Virus record (IMG/VR): IMGVR_UViG_3300028735_000003
Coordinates: 62,001 to 126,000 of that record
Strand: one strand, 5' to 3'
DNA: 64,000 nt
The notes under the pieces are model-generated. The model ran no database searches and had not been told where the DNA came from. It saw only the letters and a program-made list of their open reading frames with translations. A program made the position numbers and the translations under genes. Shown here in pieces: positions 1-9,915 of the stretch (positions are counted from its first letter, which is position 1; every line of letters starts with the position of its first letter).

Positions 1-749
1 AAATTAATTTCTTTTATAGCGATAATCTTATGACCAAGGTATTTACTATGGGGCTTATCTTGATTAATTTCTTCGTATACATCTTCTAGCTTAAAAAGCA
101 GTATAACACCTTGTTCCATGCGTGTCAATGAACCGAATTTATTTCCTTTGTAATCAGTACAATTTGTGCACAAATCATAATTTTGTTTGGTTAAATTATG
201 TCTTTCAATGATTCGACAGATTGAATTTTTAATATCATCTTTGTTAGGAAATTTCTCAAATAGCTCAACCAAATTAGTACCATCAATTTCTAGACGATAC
301 TTATAATGAAACTCCCGACCAACGTCATAAAAATTAGGAGGCGGATAACTATTGTCATTTCCGGTAAAAATGTATGAGTCGGGATTGAAAATACAACTCT
401 TTAAAGTCTCATAGCTTGTAAAAGCTTTTCTACTATTACCAATAGACTGATGATCAATATAACCTTCAATTTCAAAGATTACATCATTACATCCAGTATG
501 ATCCATAATAACATCGCGAAGCATACGAAGTTTATCTGGGTCATTCTGACCATCAACAGCACAATAGTTGGCTTTAGTAAGCGAATCATTGATTCGTTCC
601 CAAGCACCACCAAATTCCCCTCCAGTCAAAATGATATTACCATTATCATCGGGTATAATAGTATCCAAAATTCCACTGCCATCCGCAATGGAAATTGAAT
701 GGCTACTAGATGAGTTGGTCTCAAAAATACCACGCCTAATATTTTTCAT
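1..749 (-). CDS. conserved phage hypothetical protein (FETNSSSSHS motif), runs off the left edge of the window
   Basis: Manual translation from ATG at 749: MKNIRRGIFETNSSSSHSISIADGSG...GYIDHQS...FTGNDN; open to base 1, absent from the ORF track because it has no stop in the window. Confidence 0.75.
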   Translation of the reverse strand, partial: MKNIRRGIFETNSSSSHSISIADGSGILDTIIPDDNGNIILTGGEFGGAWERINDSLTKANYCAVDGQNDPDKLRMLRDVIMDHTGCNDVIFEIEGYIDHQSIGNSRKAFTSYETLKSCIFNPDSYIFTGNDNSYPPPNFYDVGREFHYKYRLEIDGTNLVELFEKFPNKDDIKNSICRIIERHNLTKQNYDLCTNCTDYKGNKFGSLTRMEQGVILLFKLEDVYEEINQDKPHSKYLGHKIIAIKEIN

Positions 750-893
750 GATTATTTATATAACACTATAATTAAATTATAATTATTTAACCTAAAATCA
801 GCAGAAATCCTCTACCTTTAGGTGGAGGATGAATGCTGCTAAAAATTTTAAAATCTTTATCAATAGTTCGTTATATATTACAGTAGGCAAGAA

Positions 894-1310
894 ATGTATA
901 GAACAGATAAAACTAACAACGCTGTTTTTTCTCTATGTTATCATTTTATTTCTGTGGTAAAATATCGCCAAAAAGTATTCATAAATGATGAGATTGTAAG
1001 TGATTTGAAATCTATTGTTTGCCATATTGCATCTGATTTTGATGTTGAAATTATTGAACAATCTTGTGGAGACGATCATTTACATATTCTTTTTAGAGCA
1101 AAACCAACTTTAGATATGACAAAATTTATCAATATTCTAAAAGGAAGATCATCCCGTATGATTAGAGAAAAACACAAAAATTTTCTAAAGAATAAATTAT
1201 GGGGTGATAATTTTTGGAGCCCATCTTATTTTTTAGCAACAACAGGTAATGTAACCCTGGATATACTTAAAAAGTATGTTGAAAATCAAAGAACATTACA
1301 AGAAGACTAA
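894..1310 (+). CDS. tnpA: IS200-type Y1 (HUH) transposase
   Basis: YHFISVVKYR, DHLHIL (HUH), LWGDNFWSPSYF, KKYVENQ motifs. Confidence 0.95.
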   Translation: MYRTDKTNNAVFSLCYHFISVVKYRQKVFINDEIVSDLKSIVCHIASDFDVEIIEQSCGDDHLHILFRAKPTLDMTKFINILKGRSSRMIREKHKNFLKNKLWGDNFWSPSYFLATTGNVTLDILKKYVENQRTLQED

Positions 1311-1311
1311 T

Positions 1312-2439
1312 ATGTTAACTTTTCAATATAGAATATATCCAGATAAAGCTCAACAGCAAAAATTATGGTTGCATGCAAATAAATTAAATTGGCTGTATAA
1401 TTATTTTCTAAATCAGCGCATTGAGAATTATAAGAATGGTATTTCTATAGGACAAAAAGAACAACAATATGAATTGGTTAGCCTGAAAAAAAGTGACCCA
1501 ATACTTGCTGAAATACATTCTCAAGTATTACAACAAGTACCATTACGATTGCACCGTACTTATGAAAACTTTTTTAGAAGAGTTAAACAAAAAGGCGAGG
1601 CTCCTGGTTTTCCTAAATTTAGGAGTTGTCAAAACTTTTTTGGTATTTGCTATCCTCAATCTGGGTATTCCTTACAAAAGAATGTTTTTGTAACCAAAGT
1701 ATATGGTAAAATTGCTTTTGTTAAGCATAGATAGCTTAAAGGCACTATTAAACAAGTTTATATATCTACTAAAAATAATAAATGGTTTTTGAATATAACC
1801 ACTGATTATATTCAGGAGGAAATTAAACCACATGGAGAAATTGGCATTGATATTGGATTGAAAGATTTGGTAGTCGATTCAAATGGACAACACATTAAAA
1901 ATTGTGGTCATGTTAGGTATTTTGACAAAAAAATAGAAGATCTTCAAAGCAGAATAGATAATAAAAAGAAAGGATCACGAAGGTACCGTAGATTAAGACG
2001 AGCGAAGCAAAGGTTGTATGATGCGAAAGTTAGAAAAATCAATGACTTTCAGCATAAGGTTTCTAAAAACCTATCTCGTAAATATGATACAATTTTTGCA
2101 GAAAACTTGTCAGTAAAATATATGTCAGAAGAAAATTATACGAGATTGAATAAGGCAATAAGAAATGCCAAATTAGTGCAATTCATAGGTTTCCTTGGTT
2201 ATAAGGTTAATAAGTTGGTTTTAGTAAACCCCGCTTATACAAGTAAAATGTGCAATAATTGTGGTAAAATACATAATCTGAAATTATCAGATAGAACAAT
2301 AAGTTGTACATGTGGAAATAGTTATGACCGAGATGAAAATGCTGCTAAAAATATTCTTTGCTTGGGACAAGCCATCGTTTCTAAACGATGTACACAGTCG
2401 GCAACGATTGTGGAAGCTTCTGGCTTTAGCCAGAAGTAG
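1312..2439 (+). pseudogene. tnpB: TnpB RNA-guided nuclease interrupted by one in-frame TAG (1732-1734)
   Basis: ORFs 1276..1734 and 1789..2439 share a frame (KHR*LKGTIKQVY); RuvC motifs GIDIG, AENL, RDENAAKNI and Zn finger TSKMCNNCG/CTCG present. Confidence 0.88.
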
Positions 2440-2448
2440 TTCACAGAT

Positions 2449-2649
2449 TTAATTTCTCGTTTTAGGATCTGAATCACAATGTTGTATATAAGCATATCCA
2501 GCCATTGTTATACGATAAGAAGGATGTTCGCCACATTCAACAATCTCAATCATCCCTTTTTCTAAAAGACCCTGTATTGCATCTTCATATGACTGGTCAT
2601 CTAAGAAATAAAAATCATCTCTTATCACATTCGGATCATTTCTTTTCAT
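2449..2649 (-). CDS. hypothetical protein
   Basis: 66 aa ORF, overlaps neighbouring ORF in operon-like fashion. Confidence 0.5.
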   Translation of the reverse strand: MKRNDPNVIRDDFYFLDDQSYEDAIQGLLEKGMIEIVECGEHPSYRITMAGYAYIQHCDSDPKTRN

Positions 2650-2893
2650 ACCTAATCTCCTCTATTTGGGCAGGTACAGGAGTTACCTTATGATCCGGTT
2701 TTGTTGGCTCTTCGTTTAGATCCAATAATGCCCAGTCATTAGCTATTATAGTTCCTGCCTTTATTATTAAATAAAACTCTTCATTAGATAATTCCGACAT
2801 TAAAGATCGTATATCTAGAAGATCCATCTCTTTTGAGATGGCAATAGCAGCTTTGTGTATGTAGTATTCGAAGTCAATAATAGTGCCCCCCAT
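2636..2893 (-). CDS. hypothetical protein
   Basis: 85 aa ORF with plausible composition. Confidence 0.55.
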   Translation of the reverse strand: MGGTIIDFEYYIHKAAIAISKEMDLLDIRSLMSELSNEEFYLIIKAGTIIANDWALLDLNEEPTKPDHKVTPVPAQIEEIRYEKK

Positions 2894-3073
2894 TAGGTTA
2901 AGCTACTATTTCTTACACTCTGATACTACAATATTGGTTGTATTTATTCAGAAATAGCCGTAGCTGCTATTGCCGGTTCAATACTATAATTACCTCCCTT
3001 TGGGAGAAACCAAGCAATTTGTACTCTTGCTTGCACTTTGCTTGGAGCTAAGCCCCAGACAAAGCCTTTCTCA

Positions 3074-3559
3074 TCAACGATGAGGAAAATGATAATGTTC
3101 TTCATCTTCTTCATAGTTACTTCTCACAAGTTTATGATGGATAGGCGTGGTAGATGATATTGGGATTTCTTCAGCATAATCGTAAATCAATATATTACCA
3201 CGCCTGTCAATCCCTACTTGTGGACCATCATTCAAATGATGCGCCCAATCCGGGATTAATTTATATTGAACAGGGTTAAGATCATCAAGAACAGAAACAG
3301 CCCTCATCATCAAAATATTATCTTGAACCAAACGACAAGGCGCATAATTACTATTCCTGTTATGTCTGTATAAGAAACGCTCTCGCTTGTTTGCCAATAA
3401 ACCAGATTCGGTATAAGCAATCTTTAGAACTACATTTCCTCTCCCCCAAACACGACGTTCCTTTCCAGAGGAAACATATACCCAGCCCTTAGAAGAAATA
3501 ATACTTTCAATCTGAAGGGCTTGCATATACCATTTGTCGTAAAAAATATTTGTTAACAT
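3074..3559 (-). CDS. atypical protein-kinase-like protein (start uncertain)
   Basis: SSGKERRVW glycine loop, VVLKIA, ANKRE helix-C Glu, NILIYDY. Confidence 0.5.
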   Translation of the reverse strand: MLTNIFYDKWYMQALQIESIISSKGWVYVSSGKERRVWGRGNVVLKIAYTESGLLANKRERFLYRHNRNSNYAPCRLVQDNILMMRAVSVLDDLNPVQYKLIPDWAHHLNDGPQVGIDRRGNILIYDYAEEIPISSTTPIHHKLVRSNYEEDEEHYHFPHR

Positions 3560-3566
3560 AATTAAA

Positions 3567-4292
3567 TTATGGACAACTATCCTGCCTAACATAAGATGTT
3601 GGGGTACCTTTAAACAGGTTTGCAAGATAGTTGTCACAATCAGATTCATTGAGGCAATTGCAAACTGCATCATTAGCTGTTAATGTAAAATAATAGCAAC
3701 AGCTATATGTTACTGCGCAATTAGGATTGTGATATGTGTTAGTACATGTAGTCATAGAGACGCACATACAGTCTGCATCCGGATATGTCCGATCTGCACA
3801 ACACCATATAGTTGGACAACTGTTGTTTTTACAATCACTTGCACAAGTCTGTGTTGTAACCCACTCCCCATTTGAATTGCATGTTTGCACAAACTTGCCA
3901 TTGCACTGTTGTGTACCTGGTGAACATTCACCAGCACACATTCCATTTATACAAAGATAAGCACACGTTGGATTTGACTGTAAAATTCCATCCTTATCAC
4001 AAAACATTGGAGTTTTATCGTTACAGAACAGATCACCAGGGTTGCACCTGGCATCGTTTGTAACGATTGGCTCCTCATTTACATCAGGAACAGTATTCAC
4101 ATCAGGAACAGTAACTGTATCCTCAACCTTAGTATCTAGTTGATCTGGACCATCTGTCATAGTAATTGTTTCATCACTAGCATCATTAGGAATATTCACG
4201 TCTGGTGAAGACGTTACTTCACCATAAAAAAACTCCCCACCACCACATGACGCCAAACATACAGATAAACAGATCAATGATAGATTCTTCAT
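3567..4292 (-). CDS. Cys-rich lipoprotein resembling myxobacterial Cys-repeat lipoproteins
   Basis: Signal peptide with lipobox CLASC, Pro/Asp/Thr linker, repeated Cys motifs (CNPGDLFC, CSPGTQQC). Confidence 0.7.
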   Translation of the reverse strand: MKNLSLICLSVCLASCGGGEFFYGEVTSSPDVNIPNDASDETITMTDGPDQLDTKVEDTVTVPDVNTVPDVNEEPIVTNDARCNPGDLFCNDKTPMFCDKDGILQSNPTCAYLCINGMCAGECSPGTQQCNGKFVQTCNSNGEWVTTQTCASDCKNNSCPTIWCCADRTYPDADCMCVSMTTCTNTYHNPNCAVTYSCCYYFTLTANDAVCNCLNESDCDNYLANLFKGTPTSYVRQDSCP

Positions 4293-4293
4293 T

Positions 4294-4512
4294 TTACTCT
4301 CTAGTATGCTTACATATGCTAGGATACATAAGCCTAAATTGCCTTAGCTCTTCTTTTTTCTGTTCAAAAGCCAACTTGAATTCAATTAACTGGTCTTCTA
4401 GACCAGAGAGTTTAGATTGAAGTGCCAGAATTTTATATCTGACATCTTCTAATCGTTCTTCGTTAATGGAAAGCTCTTCCTCAAGTTTCTCTTCAGTAGT
4501 GTATATAGGCAT
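4294..4512 (-). CDS. coiled-coil hypothetical protein
   Basis: 72 aa, heptad Leu/Glu pattern. Confidence 0.55.
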   Translation of the reverse strand: MPIYTTEEKLEEELSINEERLEDVRYKILALQSKLSGLEDQLIEFKLAFEQKKEELRQFRLMYPSICKHTRE

Positions 4513-4572
4513 TTAGTTACTCTTTATTAGTTAATAATACTAAGATGCCATCTTATTAAGAGAATGCTGCTT

Positions 4573-4818
4573 TTATCGCAATTTTCTAATAAAACTTGCA
4601 ACCGTGCCATCATCAACCATTTGGTTGTAGATGCGCAAACCATCATCTGTAGCCGCAATCTCTTTAACTATTTCGTATCCACGACCAATCTCAAGCTCAA
4701 CAAGCTCACCGTCCTCCAAAGTCTTTTTGGTGTAAACTTTATCTCGCGTCGCAATAACGATGCGATTCATCTTCTCTCCAGGTTTGCTTATCTTCCCAGT
4801 TACTTGACATTTGAACAT
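4573..4818 (-). CDS. hypothetical protein
   Basis: 81 aa MFKCQVTGK..., RBS-like AAGGGGA upstream. Confidence 0.65.
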   Translation of the reverse strand: MFKCQVTGKISKPGEKMNRIVIATRDKVYTKKTLEDGELVELEIGRGYEIVKEIAATDDGLRIYNQMVDDGTVASFIRKLR

Positions 4819-4843
4819 TTCTGTATCCCCTTATATGATTGTC

Positions 4844-5089
4844 TCAGTCTTCATATTCTAGTCTAAATCTAGACCTACGAACAATCTCAATTTCTTTCTC
4901 TTCAACAGGTGTTGGAACAAACTTTATCAAAGATGATGATCTACAGATATATGCATCACCTCCAAAGTCTACCACAACAGCAGAACGATGGTTTCTAACT
5001 TCGCATATAATCTCTCCTAGCTTTGTACCAAGCTCGGAAAGAAACTTGTCACCAACATACTTCACTTTATCACCTGGCAAAAAACTCAT
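4844..5089 (-). CDS. hypothetical protein (possible SH3/KOW-like fold)
   Basis: PGDKVKYVG...VVVDFG pattern; GGAG upstream. Confidence 0.6.
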   Translation of the reverse strand: MSFLPGDKVKYVGDKFLSELGTKLGEIICEVRNHRSAVVVDFGGDAYICRSSSLIKFVPTPVEEKEIEIVRRSRFRLEYED

Positions 5090-5120
5090 TTATATCTCCT
5101 TATAATTAAATATTCTAAAT

Positions 5121-5474
5121 TTACTCCTTGTCCTGACTTTTCTTACGATCAGAAGATTTATCAATAGCGATAGGAGTTGTCGTTTTTCCATCCTTGCCAG
5201 CCTTGCCAGAACTCTTCTTTCGACCAGCCGCTTTTTCAGCGGCGATTCTAGCACCCTTGTTTTTGAGACGCAGCGCACGAGCTTCATCATTGAAGCGTGG
5301 ACTCTTGTGTTCAAACCACGACTTGGCTACTTCATCGCCATCTTTCGCCAGTTTACGAACAAAATTCTTGAAAGACAATTTATCATTGCCTTTCGCCACA
5401 CTAATCCTTCGAAAACGCCGCTTCAATACAAGTGATGCTTTGATATTTTTGATATTTGTCGCCATGTAATTCAA
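5121..5474 (-). CDS. highly basic hypothetical protein
   Basis: 117 aa Lys/Arg-rich; GAGG RBS upstream. Confidence 0.65.
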   Translation of the reverse strand: MNYMATNIKNIKASLVLKRRFRRISVAKGNDKLSFKNFVRKLAKDGDEVAKSWFEHKSPRFNDEARALRLKNKGARIAAEKAAGRKKSSGKAGKDGKTTTPIAIDKSSDRKKSQDKE

Positions 5475-5535
5475 TCCTCTTTAACTCTAAAAGATCTATA
5501 TCAACTAATAGACATGCCTCAGTATATACCCATCT

Positions 5536-5718
5536 TTAATTAAGAATTCCAATTTGATACCTTGCGTCAAATTCATCAACGTTCCATCCACATGATTCAA
5601 TGAATGCCTCTACTCGAATAAGAAAGTCATTCAATGTCTCGTCCTTGTCAAGACCTTTCGCATACATCTTTCCAACTTCTAGGTCTACAATCTCAAACGG
5701 AATCTTATTAGAAACCAT
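5536..5718 (-). CDS. hypothetical protein, tandem paralog 1
   Basis: MVSNKIPFEIVDLEVG...; AAGGAG RBS; near-copy of 5822..5995. Confidence 0.7.
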   Translation of the reverse strand: MVSNKIPFEIVDLEVGKMYAKGLDKDETLNDFLIRVEAFIESCGWNVDEFDARYQIGILN

Positions 5719-5821
5719 GATTGATCTCCTTTATAGTTTCTTTATCCGTGTTTCATGATGGGTGCGGTAGATTACAGCACGACTGCAATAGTAGATTATT
5801 TCTTATGAAAAAGTAGGCCAC

Positions 5822-5995
5822 CTACAAAATTTGATACATTGCGTTAAATTCATCGACGTTCCATCCACAGGATTCAATGAATGCCCCTACTCGAATAAGA
5901 AGGTCATTAAACGTCTCGTTCTCGTAGAGACCTTCAGCATACATCCTTCCAACTTCTAGATATACAATTTCAAACGGAATCTTATGTGAAACCAT
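5822..5995 (-). CDS. hypothetical protein, tandem paralog 2 (57 aa, not in ORF track)
   Basis: Manual translation MVSHKIPFEIVYLEVGRMYAEGLYENETFNDLLIRVGAFIESCGWNVDEFNAMYQIL; AAGGAG RBS. Confidence 0.7.
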   Translation of the reverse strand: MVSHKIPFEIVYLEVGRMYAEGLYENETFNDLLIRVGAFIESCGWNVDEFNAMYQIL

Positions 5996-6183
5996 GACTT
6001 CTCTCCTTTATGGTTCCTTTATTCGTGTTTCATGATGGGTATAACAGATTATAGTATGACTGTAACAGCAAATTATTTCTTATGAAAAAGAAAGCACCCA
6101 AAAAACGAAAAAGAAAATACGATGATTACAGTTGAGCCAATTACTTACAATTGAACACACACCTATATATTTTAGTTACCACC

Positions 6184-6708
6184 CTAACTATTATCATAAA
6201 CATCTTCATTGTCTCGATATTCAACAGCGAACAGATCACAAGGATCTCCTTCGCCTGATTCTAGGCTACAACCAATTGAATTCAAGTCAATTGCAGCCTG
6301 TTCGTACCACAATTCATCTTGGTACGCCTCTTTTGAACCAATCCCTCCACAAACAGTACAAGACCTTTCGTATCTGTTTTTAGCAGAAGTACGAATCTTG
6401 GCATGACGAATAGAATACTCACGACCATTCTTGATAGACAAGCGCATAATTCGCTCAAAACGAGCCTTATTGCGCTTTCTGATCCTGGCCGATTTGTGAC
6501 CAGGAACCGTGCCAGTACCCCTACAACATGGACAATAATCAAGATTAGATGAAGCCAATGGCATGTAGTATTTACCGCTAGGCGTCAAAGCGAATACAGT
6601 TCCTAGAAAGGTCGAACGCTTCTGAACATTACCTTCATTCTGCCAATCTTCAGAATCCAAGTCTTTACGAATGTTTTCGAGTTCTTCTTGACTGAAGACA
6701 GTTTCCAT
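6184..6708 (-). CDS. protein with two CxxCxGxG zinc-binding motifs
   Basis: CPCCRGTGTV and CTVCGGIGS; start set at METVFS after GGGAG RBS. Confidence 0.65.
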   Translation of the reverse strand: METVFSQEELENIRKDLDSEDWQNEGNVQKRSTFLGTVFALTPSGKYYMPLASSNLDYCPCCRGTGTVPGHKSARIRKRNKARFERIMRLSIKNGREYSIRHAKIRTSAKNRYERSCTVCGGIGSKEAYQDELWYEQAAIDLNSIGCSLESGEGDPCDLFAVEYRDNEDVYDNS

Positions 6709-6736
6709 AATTAACTCCCGTTTAGTTTTGATACCA

Positions 6737-7261
6737 TTAATCTTCAATCGGGTCCTTAATGCCACATTTCCAACAATATGACTCGCCTTCAGATACCTTA
6801 GCGCCGCAAACCCTACATGGTACATAAATCTTCTTATAAATTGTAGATTGTTGTGTTGTTTGTTGCATAATTGCAGATTTATCAACAGTTGGTGCAATAA
6901 CTCCCATCAAAGAAACGTTTATTGCAACTGTGTTTTTCCTAGATAGATTCAACCAAATCGTATCATACTCTGCAAGAGCATTAAGATACCCTTTAACCGT
7001 CCTCTTGTCAATGTTTGACTTGATAGTCAAATAGTTATTATGCATAACATGAGTGGGATTATGCATTGATTCTTTGTGCATCACATTAAGAATTGTGAGT
7101 GAAGCAGCTTTCAATGCGTCATGCTCCTCTTGATATAGAAAAACATTGCATATTGCACTTTGCAAGTGGTTCTCTTGCAATACCCAAACCATCATGTAAG
7201 TCGTCCCTTCGTCTTTAAACTCATTCGAATTGTGTCTGTGTACCAGTACACATACACACAA
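6737..7261 (-). CDS. hypothetical protein with C-terminal double zinc ribbon (start uncertain)
   Basis: C-terminal CRVCG...CWKCG. Confidence 0.55.
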   Translation of the reverse strand: MCVCVLVHRHNSNEFKDEGTTYMMVWVLQENHLQSAICNVFLYQEEHDALKAASLTILNVMHKESMHNPTHVMHNNYLTIKSNIDKRTVKGYLNALAEYDTIWLNLSRKNTVAINVSLMGVIAPTVDKSAIMQQTTQQSTIYKKIYVPCRVCGAKVSEGESYCWKCGIKDPIED

Positions 7262-7428
7262 ACTCTATTAACTCTATTATATATCTGTAGATCTGTACAA
7301 TACAGTCAAATTACAACAGTAGCTTTTTCAGTCTCAATGAACTAGATAAGAATCTGAAGCGAAGTAAATCCATATCAATTTATTACATTCATAATCATTA
7401 CTTTAATATGTCACAAAAACATGTGACA

Positions 7429-7791
7429 TCATTCATGGCGTCCCCAACTGTCAATCATGTAGTCTTTTGCGCGCCTCTCATATTCTTGAACCTTCGCGCG
7501 GATGGAAGCTAGTTGCTTCTCTCCATCAGCAACCAATTCAGGATGAGTTACCTTCCATTCATCTATCTTTTCCTGAAGGTAAACTTCTGCTCTCTTAAGA
7601 AAAGTCACAAATGAATCGGCTGTCTGAACCGCAAATACAGACGCAGATATGGCAGAGTCTTCAACACCATTTGCCATATTCACTGCACATTGACCACACG
7701 CAGTTTCAGGAATCTTTGGACATTGCTGCTTTGTTGTACAACCGAATGCAGTAAATGTAATCAAAAACAAACAAGCTGACTTCATATACAT
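7429..7791 (-). CDS. putative lipoprotein
   Basis: MYMKSACLFLITFTAFGC lipobox-like signal; AAGGAG RBS. Confidence 0.6.
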   Translation of the reverse strand: MYMKSACLFLITFTAFGCTTKQQCPKIPETACGQCAVNMANGVEDSAISASVFAVQTADSFVTFLKRAEVYLQEKIDEWKVTHPELVADGEKQLASIRAKVQEYERRAKDYMIDSWGRHE

Positions 7792-7843
7792 GATCGACTC
7801 CTTGAATGGAAACTCCGTACAAATACAATCTTTGAATATAAGT

Positions 7844-8122
7844 CTAATATTGCTGCTTGTATCTCTTACGATAAATACGGACAATCTTTGACCTTAATAC
7901 ATCCTGTTTTGTAACAAGAATTTCCTCGCAGGATGATGGATGCCGGGTAATGTACCCTTTAAACCATCTAACATCCTCTGGTTCCATATAAACTGTACGA
8001 AGATCAACTAGAGAAGTAAACTCTACTTGACCATGATTGTTTCTAAACCATAGTTCTTTACCATCAACTACCAGCTTGATTCCATATACTATGGATTTTG
8101 AAAGTAATTTTCTAGCTTTCAT
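7844..8122 (-). CDS. hypothetical protein
   Basis: 92 aa ORF directly downstream of a tRNA-like element. Confidence 0.55.
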   Translation of the reverse strand: MKARKLLSKSIVYGIKLVVDGKELWFRNNHGQVEFTSLVDLRTVYMEPEDVRWFKGYITRHPSSCEEILVTKQDVLRSKIVRIYRKRYKQQY

Positions 8123-8134
8123 TTTTTTTTACCA

Positions 8135-8202
8135 GGTGCTTCATGACAGAATCGAACTGCCTTCTGCTGAATCCGCCGATTTATCCAATAATCTAATGAA
8201 AC
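8135..8202 (-). ncRNA. tRNA-like element with collapsed anticodon arm
   Basis: Acceptor GTTTCAT/ATGAAGC+ACC, T arm GGCAG-TTCGATT-CTGTC, D arm GAT...ATC; only 16 nt between D and T arms (about 23 expected). Confidence 0.65.
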
Positions 8203-8395
8203 AATAATTAGACATACATATAACTATGTATCATGTTGTCATCCATCATTATCATGCGTATATGAGTGATCAATATAATACCACCAACACAATATCACGA
8301 GAAACATATCAATTTGTATTTTTTTGGTAAAATATATTCAAATGTATTCCTGGCTTATTATTTGGAAGAAGCTCATGAGAAAACCAGGGAAATCA

Positions 8396-8626
8396 TTAGC
8401 TTCTGGTTACGCTTGATATTTTTCTTACAAGCATAGCTTCATAGAGAAACTCTCCTTCATTTCTTATGAAATTTCCACGACTATCAAAACATCTTTTTAC
8501 TTCTTTCTCAAACCATCTAGGAAACTTCTCTTCCTTACATAGTTGAGAAAGCCATTCGTTAGCTTTGAATTCACCATACTCTTGGTATACGTATCTATAT
8601 TTAATTAGAATGTCCAATATGTTCAT
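8396..8626 (-). CDS. hypothetical protein
   Basis: 76 aa ORF. Confidence 0.55.
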   Translation of the reverse strand: MNILDILIKYRYVYQEYGEFKANEWLSQLCKEEKFPRWFEKEVKRCFDSRGNFIRNEGEFLYEAMLVRKISSVTRS

Positions 8627-8635
8627 GGTAATCCA

Positions 8636-8830
8636 TTATTTTGTGCGCCAAAAACATTTTCCGAATTGGATAATGCTTCCTTTGTACGTTTCTTTGCACT
8701 TGTCACGAATTGCCTTAAATGAAGTTCCAACCCATAGCTTCACAGATACATTAGACCCTGGTCCTTCAATCGTTACAAAACAGCAACACTCTCGACTAGG
8801 AGAATAAATAGGTGTGCCATACTTGGACAT
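8636..8830 (-). CDS. hypothetical protein
   Basis: 64 aa; a partial degraded copy of its 3' half lies at about 9815-9880. Confidence 0.5.
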   Translation of the reverse strand: MSKYGTPIYSPSRECCCFVTIEGPGSNVSVKLWVGTSFKAIRDKCKETYKGSIIQFGKCFWRTK

Positions 8831-8898
8831 TGTTCGATTCCTTTTATAATTAGCAATGTACTCATACTAATTGCTGTATCTTATTACATTGCTAAATA

Positions 8899-9372
8899 TC
8901 ACTTCAAAGGTCTCCCACAGTGTAGACTCCAACAATGAGTTGCGTCTACATCGTTCATCTTACCACAATGTGGACATGGAATTTCTTTTTTATCAGAAAC
9001 TTGATCCGGCTTCCCAATTCCATTGTCCAGTCTATGATAGACTCTTCGTTTATATATGTATATACAAATCCAATTATAATGATTGAATCTTGCATCACTT
9101 CCTATGCTATCGAATTTATCAATAGCATCATAATAACTGCCACTATCTAATAACTTTTTGACCTCGACGTAAATTTTATGTTCCTCCACATTTGAAGGAT
9201 TACCAAAGTCATTCTGAATGAACCAATAACTGATTTCATCAATAGCTATGAATATGGCTGATTCTTTTGTATCACAGACAAAAAAACGATTGTTTTTATC
9301 GTCCTTAGTTACAATTTCCATAATATACACATTATCAATATCAATTGGTGAAATGCTCATCATTTCCTCCAA
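8899..9372 (-). CDS. hypothetical protein with C-terminal zinc ribbon, paralog 1
   Basis: Ends CPHCGKMNDVDATHCWSLHCGRPLK, identical tail to 9916..10380. Confidence 0.7.
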   Translation of the reverse strand: MEEMMSISPIDIDNVYIMEIVTKDDKNNRFFVCDTKESAIFIAIDEISYWFIQNDFGNPSNVEEHKIYVEVKKLLDSGSYYDAIDKFDSIGSDARFNHYNWICIYIYKRRVYHRLDNGIGKPDQVSDKKEIPCPHCGKMNDVDATHCWSLHCGRPLK

Positions 9373-9505
9373 CTTTATCTGTTTAGGATAACGCAGTATC
9401 CTAAAACTACGAATACTGATAATGTTATTTCACAAATTACATTGATATCAATTCCAGTCATCATATGACATTTTGATTTCAATATCCACAGACACTTATG
9501 CCATT

Positions 9506-9745
9506 TCAACGTGCAGACTTACTATTCCGAACCTTAAAAAGGTCCAACTTATTCTGAAGCTTTTGGGTCTGCTTCTCCAATCGCTTCTTTTGATTAGCCA
9601 ATTGTTGTTGGCGTACAATCTGTTGCCGCAAAAGTCTACGTAGCAACTTCAATTTCCGAATCTCTTGCTTAATTGGTTCAAAATTATTATCACACATAGA
9701 GTCACCAGTAGTAGTTACATCGACCATATAATTAGACGCCTTCAT
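9506..9745 (-). CDS. basic coiled-coil hypothetical protein
   Basis: 79 aa, Q/K/R/L-rich helix. Confidence 0.55.
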   Translation of the reverse strand: MKASNYMVDVTTTGDSMCDNNFEPIKQEIRKLKLLRRLLRQQIVRQQQLANQKKRLEKQTQKLQNKLDLFKVRNSKSAR

Positions 9746-9915
9746 TGTCTTCTCCCTTGATCTGCTATCTTGAACTTTGTTTATAAGACAATCCTAACGA
9801 TTATTCTCTTATTTTGTACGCCAGAAACATCTTCCGAATTGAATAATATTTTACTTTGTACGTTTCTTTGCACTTATTCTACAATTAGAAATGTATCCGC
9901 ACTAATTGATGAATG

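Larger units (their letters stand above)
790..2444 (+). mobile_element. IS200/IS605-family insertion sequence (tnpA + tnpB)
   Basis: Left-end hairpin ATCCTCTACC-TTTA-GGTGGAGGAT at 807-830; right-end hairpin CTTCTGGC-TTTA-GCCAGAAG at 2417-2436 followed by TAGTTCAC; left boundary approximate. Confidence 0.9.
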
